From Paraphysomonas bandaiensis (lineage: Eukaryota; Protista; Chrysophyceae), in contig CBFFRP010000144.1 of the NCBI GenBank assembly GCA_965644295.1, positions 124,001 through 188,000 on the forward strand: a stretch of DNA of 64,000 nucleotides, read 5' to 3'. Numbering within the stretch: the first letter of the stretch is position 1; each line of letters opens with the position of its first letter. The notes under the pieces were generated by a model. That model made no database searches. It worked only from the letters and a program-made list of their open reading frames with translations, and was not told the origin of the DNA. Position numbers and translations under genes: made by a program. Of this stretch, positions 38,001 through 49,700 are shown in pieces.

Positions 38001-40383
38001 GTAACTATTCCATCAGGAGTACTTGGTGATAGTTTTAGACCCTATGCGGAAAGGTGTGATAAAAATTTTATCCTCGTGTTGTTCATCTGTGTCCCATAGA
38101 TTAATACCTCCACTTCTGTCTCATATTTCTGAAGACCTCAATATTAATGTGCGTGCTAATTGGCATTCAGTGCTGAGCTAATATATTTTAGATTTATACT
38201 GAAGATAGCATGCAACATGATGCAGGAGCTGATGTAAGGATGAAACATATTGTACTCGTTGGTGTAATGTACTTGCCTAGCACTCGGACGGGTTCGAAGA
38301 GGTTTCAGCTTATAAAAGAGGGCTGGGGAAGATTAAAATAGTTCACAATAGTTACGAAGTCAATGAGCGGGAGATGAGCTGCCGGTAGTTGACATTACAT
38401 TGTGTAATTTTGTTTCTAATTACTGTCAGAGCTCTGTACCAGTACATGCTTGATGTTCCAATGGTAAGCCATAGCGATTTGTTGATAAAAGTAGTCATAT
38501 TTTTTCCTGCAGCTGATGTACTCGTTCGCCCCGGGCATCATGGAAGCTGCGTGTAGAGCGGCTTCCATTGTTCTCAATGATGAAATGTATCTCATACTTG
38601 GAGCATTATGCAGGTAGCTTTGTTTTGCTTCTTAGATCTTAGTTATTTTTCTTCGTGTGTGTGCAGTGATTCCCTCAAAATATTTGTGAGATATGCGGAT
38701 CCCAACGATGATTCTTGTGAAGTAGCAAAGAAGATGTTAGTTATGGGTTTAGGTATATATATGTCACTGAAATTGCGTTATGCTAACAATTCGTTCCAAG
38801 ATTGCATTCTTGGATTGATCCCGACATACTCCACTTGCTCGAGAACGCGAGAAGAAATTGAAAATAGTCAGGTATAGCTGACCGGAAAATAATGTCCCTA
38901 GTCATACTCCATAGGTTTTATTTGACTCTATAAGAGAAATGTTGAAAGTAATCGCTGATGCGCGGCGGTATTCACCGGGTTGGGGCATTGATGTTTCTGA
39001 TGATATGGTGTCTCTCCTTATCGCTGTTCTCTTGCACGATTCCAGTCATTGGGTTCAAAGGTACGCTTTCAGTGCGACGGCAAAATTGCCTTGGTTAGCT
39101 CGTAACTTTGTTTACAGGAATTATACTGCAGAGAATTCCGAAGGACTATCTGCTTTGCAGCTGAAGGTATGAATTTATTGCATCAGTATGTATGTATGTA
39201 CTGATATAGCTATGTACCTCCAGACTGAAGAGGACTTGTGGTTGAGTTTGTCGGATGCATTCGGTATTATGATTGCAGCATATTATACCCAAGCATTATA
39301 TTGTGGTTGTAGGTTGGTTATTGAAAGCATCACCTACACCTAGAACCACTGAAATTTTTTCGATAGAATTGTTACCTTTCTTGATGGTAATCACCTAGCG
39401 TCTGTGTACTCTTGTATATTAGATTTACCCGCTTGGTTTGACCAGGGCTTGTTGCAAGCATCATCTGAAGCTACTCCTCTACTTGCGACTGGACTATCCG
39501 TCTTATGTGATGCTGTTGATGTGTTGCCGTTGAATCATGTTACTGTACCGAAAAGTGCTGCATGTGATGATCTGGTGTCATGGTTGTTGCCTCATTTATT
39601 CCAGCATGTACGTTTTGCATCGATAATATGTTCCATTAAAATTATATATCTCCTAGCTTCGGACCCCAGAGTTAACGATTGACTGCATGTTCGGGATTGG
39701 TGTGTGTGCGATGAGAGCAGATGGAAGATTCGACTCCATTGTGGAACAAGCTGTATGTGATGCGGGAGCTATTATTGGTATGATTACCTATTTTGCGTAC
39801 TCTGTCTAACTATAAACAGCTAGCACTTGTGAAGATGATATAGAGCAGTTACGAATAAGGTAGGACTCTATGTGGTATCAGAGTCCATTTCTATTAAAGG
39901 TACTAAAATTATCGCAGAGATGTAGCGGTATCGGCGCTGTTGAAGTTGGCTGTTTTTCGCCAGCATACGCTTCCATCTTCATTGGATATTATTGAATCCT
40001 GTTTGCAAATGTTTCCTCTAGAATCAGATCCCTATGAGGCACGGGAAATTCATTCTTTAGTTGCTGATTTAGTTTTGGCCGGAGATCGGCGACTGTTGGG
40101 CCAACGGTTTCAGCTGCTACCGTCGTGGTTGGACATACTTGGACAACTCGGTATTTTGTGTGTTGGCATCATGAATGAATTGTGCTCTGCTAATGAGAAA
40201 TGCTGTGTCGGACTCAAGGACTATGATGAATTCTGGGATAGTCAAGTCGTCAATGTTTTCATTTTAAATAAAATCAAGACAATTGTGGCATGTGGAATTG
40301 CCGGCATGGATTCAAATCAATTCCAGGAAGCGAAAAACTCTACCCCCATTCAAATTCGTCAATTTTTTGAGCAGAAGCTGTAG
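35063..40383 (+). CDS. Importin-beta family karyopherin, importin-5/Kap121-like HEAT-repeat protein, divergent; roughly 35 short introns
   Basis: N-terminus MNLPDLLSDLLGVDNVRRRDAERKYETLK; LAAVLLR; EWPELL; HPSPR(I)RF; NFPRVAYAALNSLRAFC; GKCLECAALMGTAVG..F..DA matches the importin-5 RGKxIEC...G.AVG motif; C-terminal FPLESDPYEAREIH. Exon boundaries only partly traced. Confidence 0.8.
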
Positions 40384-40856
40384 TCATTTTTCGTTGGGTA
40401 CTTCTGTTTAGGACGTCGTATTGCGGAGAAAAAACATGAACATTTATTTTAACTATAATTAATAATGTTAACATCACAGCTATTTTAAGTAGGAGTGCTC
40501 TATACATGTCCACATACAAATACCTTGATTTTCTTTTGTGCAGTTGATCACTCTAAACTAATCGATTTTGGAAGCTGTTTCCTGGGTGTAACGAAGAGTC
40601 CTAGTCCAGCCCACCCCACAGGTCTACCTTTCCCAACCCTTGCACAAGTGGAAACGCCGCCGTGCAGCCTCCGCCAGCTAGTACTCTGCCCCAGGCCCAA
40701 CTCGCGGCCAGCGCCATCTCCAGATACGACGGCGTCCCTATCCACCCCCATGTTTCTCAGGCTAGGTACACTTGACTCAACTAAGTCAGAATCCTGTGCC
40801 TCCACAGTGTCCTGCAGAGCCCTATCCCAAGGGACCACCCCCTGACTAACCCCACG

Positions 40857-41424
40857 TTAGTTTCAGGTAGAAGTCTATCTAGCTTGACTAGTTTTTTTCA
40901 GCTACTTTTCTGGTGCTGATTCTCGACGCCTATATTGCAAAACATAAAAATTTCTTATATGAGCATCCGGCCAGTTCACCTTCTTAGGGACTCGAAAATC
41001 CTGAAGTCAGCAAATATAATGTATATCAACATTCTGCTTGCTCACTGTGTTTTTGCTTTTTGAGTGATAGAGCGAAAGTGGTTGCACCTTAGTGCTTGCG
41101 GTAACGCACAAGCAGCGTTCGTAGCGTTAAAAGTGGCATATCAGAGTTAACCACTGATCCTTTCAACTTTCAACGCCTATATTGCTAATAATAAGATATT
41201 CACCACTGGGCCTTTTCCCGGTTTATATTCGGCAGGGTTCAAATACGTCTACACAAGTGACACTTATTTTAGTGTCCCTTGTGCCACACAAGCATTGGCT
41301 TGTGGGAAGAAAATTACTTCCTGAAGATGTATATATGCTGTTCAAATTAGTTTTCCGGAGAAACATCTCCTGTACTAAGCCCCCATAACATCACGAAATG
41401 GTGTGAGTCCGACTTTGTTGAGGG
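40857..41424. repeat. Unclassified hairpin-rich dispersed repeat, copy C (rearranged)
   Basis: 40857-40955 matches 11906-12002. 40961-41133 matches 32160-32315. 41170-41200 repeats the end of the first segment. 41205-41424 is the reverse complement of 11497-11720. Confidence 0.8.
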
Positions 41425-42479
41425 CAGTGTTCTTATAAATTACGATTGCTATATATATTTTTTCCTTGAATTGAGGCGGCTAGGGGTGTTGAGTTTTGCT
41501 TATTTGTATAACTATTATGGAAGAAAGCTTTACTTTAAAAGAGTTAAGTTATTAAAAAACAGTATTATATTATTATGGCCTTTTCTTAATAAAATTATAT
41601 TAGTTTATTGGAGTGTCTATCTACTATTCTCCCATCCTTCGTCTGACGTAGAAGATCATAATTATGACAGTGCAAATGATAGATCTTCTTAACATAGACT
41701 TCGAAACAGCACTTCAAGAGTACTACTGGCGAGTTCTAATGCCACATCTGATGCTGTAGAGGTGATTAGGAGCAGTGGCATCCAGTCCTTTCAGGGGTTG
41801 GGTCACGTTCTGACCTGGATGATGTGCTTCCTATCATCCTATCATGCACACAGCTTTGAATTAGGTGCGCTAGCAGGGGTTAAGTGTGATTGTACATAAA
41901 TGTGATGATGATGCCAATGAGTACACGGAGCCTCGTGCAACATTAAAATCGCAGTATGTTGGGGTACATCGGTTGTAGCAACTATTGAAATTTGATGACT
42001 TGTTGTTTTGAGTTAACCTAGTACAATGGTCATTCCCTAAGCATATGTACAGATCCCATTGATATAAAAGAATTTGTTCTTAAATTTAATGAAAAAGCAC
42101 ACATTTCCTTTAACTGCATGCAAGCTACAGCTAGCTATACATTCTAGATATAGCAGGCTTTCATCATTATGAGGATAAGCTACAATTTAACCTAGGGATT
42201 CGGAGTATCGTCCCTTGTTCTTTTTTCGTCGTCGTCTTGTGTATGCCTGTTTCTCACATGGCATGATCCAGCTGTATTAAATTGATTGCCCGCAAGTTCT
42301 CTGGAGCATTGATACAGGGGAGAATTGAAGTATTTTCACAGTCACTGATACTGTCACTCTAACTTCTAACTATGATCAGGGAACATAGATACAAATTCAG
42401 TACTGTTTCATATTGATCTCAACCGTCGTTAATGACACCATTACACACACAACAATATAAAGCAACATATTGGCAAGAA

Positions 42480-43210
42480 GAATGACTAATCCTGTGGCCA
42501 TAGATAACACAAAATGGAGCCTTGCTTTGGTCAATAAAGGCTTTGAAGGAGTCAGTAGATGGCCATCATCACACCTTAACTTTGGTATGAAGAAGATAAG
42601 GTCTTAGTGAAGAACTTTGCCAAGAAAAGAAGTATTTTTCATGTCATACCCAAATTGGGGTGGATAGAATCGTACCACAGCAAAAAAGACGAGTGCCCAG
42701 TTATGTTGAATCGACAGAGCGCGCAGCAAATAAAGCATGGTAGGAAATACCAACATATCAAACATAGTCCATCCATCAGCACAGGAAATTTGCATACGTG
42801 CGTGCTATCCACTACATCGTAATGAGTTGGATGATGCACAAAGTCCATCTATTGAGACTTCTCATGACCCATGGATGCAGTTGGCGGATAAATTCAATGA
42901 TACCAGTTTGATATTTCAGAACCAATCTAGTAATAACAACGAGGACGAAACACCGGTTACTCCATTCAAGTGAGTAACATATGCTTCTAAACAGTGTAAC
43001 TCTTCTCTCTGTAGCCCTGTGCCCAACCTGGAGAGCATATTTATAACCAAACACTTTCTTGCAATACAAGAATCAAATCGAGTTGTAATGTATGCTAAAC
43101 AATACACACTTCCGAGAGCTTTATCGGTCGTCTCCATATTCGAAACATTCTCTTGCATTCCATTTCATTGTGATGTCATCTCTTTCTCAGTGTCTCCCAT
43201 GTTTCATTAA
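42480..43210. pseudogene. Degraded coding remnant, possibly the Myb/SANT-like accessory ORF of a DNA transposon
   Basis: Fragment LHRNELDD...DPWMQLADKFND resembles the L.R.ELD...W..LA..FND pattern of stramenopile Myb-like TE proteins (recalled similarity). Stops and frameshifts around it; no termini found. Confidence 0.35.
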
Positions 43211-43735
43211 TTATTTTTCTAATGACATGCCCATCTCCATTAGTCACTTTATAACTGATCAGTTCTTCGCTCAGAATCCGTCATCATGGTAACAGCATGT
43301 TAATATGTGCGTACAGTGCTGGCGTAGCGTATCAGTTTTGGATCCAAATATGATGTTAATACCACGTACAGTACTCGGTACTGCGTAATACTTGAATGGG
43401 TATACCGGAATACGGCATGTAATTTTACCTTAGAAAGGCCTGTACCGAAGTATGGTATTGTGTACAGTGTAGTGGTGTATTCTATTGTTCGAAATTTGAA
43501 TGTGTGTATACCAGTATACTAATATATACTGTAGGTGTTATGTAGTGCTGTGTATACATACCTTCTCCGCAGACAGCTGGTCATGATTGTAACATGACGG
43601 CTATATGATATGATGATAACATGGATGTTATTGTGAGATTCACAGCCTCATTGTGAACTAGTAACTAACGGAACTTCTGTGCATGATGCAGCGCATCCTC
43701 TTATTTAAGTTAGTACTCTTTTAACTCCGAAAAGA

Positions 43736-46700
43736 ATGACACAGCTTCACATCTTGATCGAAGAAGGAAAGCAACTGCAGAATATATCTGGCCCAGTTCA
43801 TTGTGAAGTATATTGGTTCTCATAGTAATTAGAAAATTTAACTGTGTATATAGGTATATCTTCGACAGCCTGGCAAGCGGAAGGGTCGAGGTGTTTCAAC
43901 AGATACTGTGGAGGAAAATACTAACCCATCCTGGAACGAAACTGTTAAACTGTGAGTGCTGTGATATCGTTGTGTCTTTTTCTAGTTTATTGTCGAGGTG
44001 TGCAGTGATTTGGATGAATACGACTCATCAAAAGCAGAAGTCTGTATCGAAATATTATCATCTGGTGAGGTTGTAGGATCCGCACGAATTGCAGTTAGTG
44101 AAATATCCGATAAGAAGCGGTACAACCACCGTATCTTTTTACCATAGCGCCTAACCTTATTAACAGTATCCGCTTAGAAGAAGGCGGACTTCTGAAGATA
44201 TCTGCAAATGTCGAAAGTAATGTGTACCACTAATGTGTATCGCGACTAATGAAATCGTCAGATAAAACAGGAACCGATAAAGATGTTGAGATTGGAGTGG
44301 GTACGAAGGTAGAGGCTCGGTACCGTGGTAAAATGAAATATTATCCTGGTGTAATTACTCGTGTTCGTCTTGGTGGTAAAGCGTTTGATATCGACTATGA
44401 TGATGGGGAGCAGGAGATGGGAGTAAAGCGTGAGTTGATCAGAGCATTAGGTGGTGGAGGTAGTGGTTCTGGTGCTCGTGGGCGTGGAGACGATATTGGT
44501 GGTATTGATGAAGATGTTGAGCTTGGAGTGGGTACGAAAGTAGAGGCTCGGTACCGTGGTAAAATGAAATATTATCCTGGTGTAATTACTCGTGTTCGTC
44601 TTGGTGGTAAAGCGTTTGATATCGACTATGATGATGGGGAGCAGGAGATGGGTGTAAAGCGTGAGTTGATCAGAGCATTAGGTGGTGGAGGTAGTGGTTC
44701 TGGTAGTCGTAGTAGAAGTGCGAGTCGTCATCGAGACGACGATATTGGTGGTATTGATGAAGATGTTGAGCTTGGAGTGGGTACGAAGGTAGAGGCTCGA
44801 TACCGTGGTAAAATGAAATATTATCCTGGTGTAATTACTCGTGTTCGTCTTGGTGGTAAAGCGTTTGATATCGACTATGATGATGGGGAGCAGGAGATGG
44901 GTGTAAAGCGTGAGTTGATCAGAGCATTAGGTGGTGGAGGTAGTGGTTCTGGTAGTCGTAGTAGAAGTGCGAGTCGTCATCGAGACGACGATATTGGTGG
45001 TATTGATGAAGATGTTGAGCTTGGAGTGGGTACGAAGGTAGAGGCTCGGTACCGTGGTAAAATGAAATATTATCCTGGTGTAATTACTCGTGTTCGTCTT
45101 GGTGGTAAAGCGTTTGATATCGACTATGATGATGGGGAGCAGGAGATGGGTGTAAAGCGTGAGTTGATCAGAGCATTAGGTGGTGGAGGTAGTGGTTCTG
45201 GTGCTCGTGGGCGTGTAGACGATATTGGTGGTATTGATGAAGATGTTGAGCTTGGAGTGGGTACGAAGGTAGAGGCTCGGTACCGTGGTAAAATGAAATA
45301 TTATCCTGGTGTAATTACTCGTGTTCGTCTTGGTGGTAAAGCGTTTGATATCGACTATGATGATGGGGAGCAGGAGATGGGTGTAAAGCGTGAGTTGATC
45401 AGAGCATTAGGTGGTGGAGGTAGTGGTTCTGGTAGTCGTAGTAGAAGTGCGAGTCGTCATCGAGACGACGATATTGGTGGTATTGATGAAGATGTTGAGC
45501 TTGGAGTGGGTACGAAGGTAGAGGCTCGATACCGTGGTAAAATGAAATATTATCCTGGTGTAATTACTCGTGTTCGTCTTGGTGGTAAAGCGTTTGATAT
45601 CGACTATGATGATGGGGAGCAGGAGATGGGTGTAAAGCGTGAGTTGATCAGAGCATTAGGTGGTGGAGGTAGTGGTTCTGGTAGTCGTAGTAGAAGTGCG
45701 AGTCGTCATCGAGACGACGATATTGGTGGTATTGATGAAGATGTTGAGCTTGGAGTGGGTACGAAGGTAGAGGCTCGGTACCGTGGTAAAATGAAATATT
45801 ATCCTGGTGTAATTACTCGTGTTCGTCTTGGTGGTAAAGCGTTTGATATCGACTATGATGATGGGGAGCAGGAGATGGGTGTAAAGCGTGAGTTGATCAG
45901 AGCATTAGGTGGTGGAGGTAGTGGTTCTGGTGCTCGTGGGCGTGTAGACGATATTGGTGGTATTGATGAAGATGTTGAGCTTGGAGTGGGTACGAAGGTA
46001 GAGGCTCGGTACCGTGGTAAAATGAAATATTATCCTGGTGTAATTACTCGTGTTCGTCTTGGTGGTAAAGCGTTTGATATCGACTATGATGATGGGGAGC
46101 AGGAGATGGGTGTAAAGCGTGAGTTGATCAGAGCATTAGGTGGTGGAGGTAGTGGTTCTGGTAGTCGTAGTAGAAGTGCGAGTCGTCATCGAGACGACGA
46201 TATTGGTGGTATTGATGAAGATGTTGAGCTTGGAGTGGGTACGAAGGTAGAGGCTCGATACCGTGGTAAAATGAAATATTATCCTGGTGTAATTACTCGT
46301 GTTCGTCTTGGTGGTAAAGCGTTTGATATCGACTATGATGATGGGGAGCAGGAGATGGGTGTAAAGCGTGAGTTGATCAGAGCATTAGGTGGTGGAGGTA
46401 GTGGTTCTGGTGCTCGTGGGCGTGGAGATGATATTGGTGGTATTGATGAAGATGTTGAGCTTGGAGTGGGTACGAAGGTAGAGGCTCGGTACCGTGGTAA
46501 AATGAAATATTATCCTGGTGTAATTACTCGTGTTCGTCTTGGTGGTAAAGCGTTTGATATCGACTATGATGATGGGGAGCAGGAGATGGGTGTAAAGCGT
46601 GAGTTGATCAGAGCATTAGGTGGTGGAGGTAGTGGTTCTGGTAGTCGTAGTAGAAGTGCGAGTCGTCATCGAGACGACGATATTGGTGGTATTGATGAAG

Positions 46701-49700
46701 ATGTTGAGCTTGGAGTGGGTACGAAGGTAGAGGCTCGATACCGTGGTAAAATGAAATATTATCCTGGTGTAATTACTCGTGTTCGTCTTGGTGGTAAAGC
46801 GTTTGATATCGACTATGATGATGGGGAGCAGGAGATGGGTGTAAAGCGTGAGTTGATCAGAGCATTAGGTGGTGGAGGTAGTGGTTCTGGTGCTCGTGGG
46901 CGTGGAGATGATATTGGTGGTATTGATGAAGATGTTGAGCTTGGAGTGGGTACGAAGGTAGAGGCTCGGTACCGTGGTAAAATGAAATATTATCCTGGTG
47001 TAATTACTCGTGTTCGTCTTGGTGGTAAAGCGTTTGATATCGACTATGATGATGGGGAGCAGGAGATGGGTGTAAAGCGTGAGTTGATCAGAGCATTAGG
47101 TGGTGGAGGTAGTGGTTCTGGTAGTCGTAGTAGAAGTGCGAGTCGTCATCGAGACGACGATATTGGTGGTATTGATGAAGATGTTGAGCTTGGAGTGGGT
47201 ACGAAGGTAGAGGCTCGATACCGTGGTAAAATGAAATATTATCCTGGTGTAATTACTCGTGTTCGTCTTGGTGGTAAAGCGTTTGATATCGACTATGATG
47301 ATGGGGAGCAGGAGATGGGTGTAAAGCGTGAGTTGATCAGAGCATTAGGTGGTGGAGGTAGTGGTTCTGGTAGTCGTAGTAGAAGTGCGAGTCGTCATCG
47401 AGACGACGATATTGGTGGTATTGATGAAGATGTTGAGCTTGGAGTGGGTACGAAGGTAGAGGCTCGGTACCGTGGTAAAATGAAATATTATCCTGGTGTA
47501 ATTACTCGTGTTCGTCTTGGTGGTAAAGCGTTTGATATCGACTATGATGATGGGGAGCAGGAGATGGGTGTAAAGCGTGAGTTGATCAGAGCATTAGGTG
47601 GTGGAGGTAGTGGTTCTGGTAGTCATAGTAGAAGTGCGAGTCGTCATCGAGACGACGATATTGGTGGTATTGATGAAGATGTTGAGCTTGGAGTGGGTAC
47701 GAAGGTAGAGGCTCGGTACCGTGGTAAAATGAAATATTATCCTGGTGTAATTACTCGTGTTCGTCTTGGTGGTAAAGCGTTTGATATCGACTATGATGAT
47801 GGGGAGCAGGAGATGGGTGTAAAGCGTGAGTTGATCAGAGCATTAGGTGGTGGAGGTAGTGGTTCTGGTAGTCGTAGTAGAAGTGCGAGTCGTCATCGAG
47901 ACGACGATATTGGTGGTATTGATGAAGATGTTGAGCTTGGAGTGGGTACGAAGGTAGAGGCTCGATACCGTGGTAAAATGAAATATTATCCTGGTGTAAT
48001 TACTCGTGTTCGTCTTGGTGGTAAAGCGTTTGATATCGACTATGATGATGGGGAGCAGGAGATGGGTGTAAAGCGTGAGTTGATCAGAGCATTAGGTGGT
48101 GGAGGTAGTGGTTCTGGTAGTCGTAGTAGAAGTGCGAGTCGTCATCGAGACGACGATATTGGTGGTATTGATGAAGATGTTGAGCTTGGAGTGGGTACGA
48201 AGGTAGAGGCTCGGTACCGTGGTAAAATGAAATATTATCCTGGTGTAATTACTCGTGTTCGTCTTGGTGGTAAAGCGTTTGATATCGACTATGATGATGG
48301 GGAGCAGGAGATGGGTGTAAAGCGTGAGTTGATCAGAGCATTAGGTGGTGGAGGTAGTGGTTCTGGTAGTCGTAGTAGAAGTGCGAGTCGTCATCGAGAC
48401 GACGATATTGGTGGTATTGATGAAGATGTTGAGCTTGGAGTGGGTACGAAGGTAGAGGCTCGGTACCGTGGTAAAATGAAATATTATCCTGGTGTAATTA
48501 CTCGTGTTCGTCTTGGTGGTAAAGCGTTTGATATCGACTATGATGATGGGGAGCAGGAGATGGGTGTAAAGCGTGAGTTGATCAGAGCATTAGGTGGTGG
48601 AGGTAGTGGTTCTGGTGCTCGTGGGCGTGTAGACGATATTGGTGGTATTGATGAAGATGTTGAGCTTGGAGTGGGTACGAAGGTAGAGGCTCGATACCGT
48701 GGTAAAATGAAATATTATCCTGGTGTAATTACTCGTGTTCGTCTTGGTGGTAAAGCGTTTGATATCGACTATGATGATGGGGAGCAGGAGATGGGTGTAA
48801 AGCGTGAGTTGATCAGAGCATTAGGTGGTGGAGGTAGTGGTTCTGGTAGTCGTAGTAGAAGTGCGAGTCGTCATCGAGACGACGATATTGGTGGTATTGA
48901 TGAAGATGTTGAGCTTGGAGTGGGTACGAAGGTAGAGGCTCGGTACCGTGGTAAAATGAAATATTATCCTGGTGTAATTACTCGTGTTCGTCTTGGTGGT
49001 AAAGCGTTTGATATCGACTATGATGATGGGGAGCAGGAGATGGGTGTAAAGCGTGAGTTGATCAGAGCATTAGGTGGTGGAGGTAGTGGTTCTGGTGTTC
49101 GCGGGCGTGGAGAGGATATAGAAGAGGATGAACTGAATGTTGGCACGAGGGTAGAGGCTCGGTACCGTGGTAAAATGAAATATTATCCTGGTGTAATTAC
49201 TCGTGTTCGTCTTGGTGGTAAAGCGTTTGATATCGACTATGATGATGGGGAGCAGGAGATGGGTGTAAAGCGTGAGTTGATCAGAGCATTAGGTGGTGGA
49301 GGTAGTGGTTCTGGTGTTCGTGGGCGTGGAGAGGATATAGAAGAGGATGAACTGAATGTTGGCACAAGGGTAGAAGCTCGGTACCGTGGTAAAATGAAAT
49401 ATTATCCTGGTGTAATTACTCGTGTTCGTCTTGGTGGTAAAGCGTTTGATATCGACTATGATGATGGGGAGCAGGAGATGGGTGTAAAGCGTGAGTTGAT
49501 CAGAGCATTAGGTGGTGGAGGTAGTGGTTCTGGTGTTCGCGGGCGTGGAGAGGATATAGAAGAGGATGAACTGAATGTTGGCACGAGGGTAGAAGCTCGG
49601 TACCGTGGTAAAATGAAATATTATCCTGGTGTAATTACTCGTGTTCGTCTTGGTGGTAAAGCGTTTGATATCGACTATGATGATGGGGAGCAGGAGATGG

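Noticed and set aside
1-40383. Fragmented ORFs as evidence of pseudogenes, stop readthrough or an alternative genetic code
   Set aside because: Wherever traced, the breaks coincide with short GT-AG introns that restore conserved motifs under the standard code.
44249-44263. ORF-track start MKSSD of the 3308-aa ORF
   Set aside because: This ATG lies in a predicted intron ending cgtcag. Upstream exons from 43736 splice in frame and encode a C2 domain.
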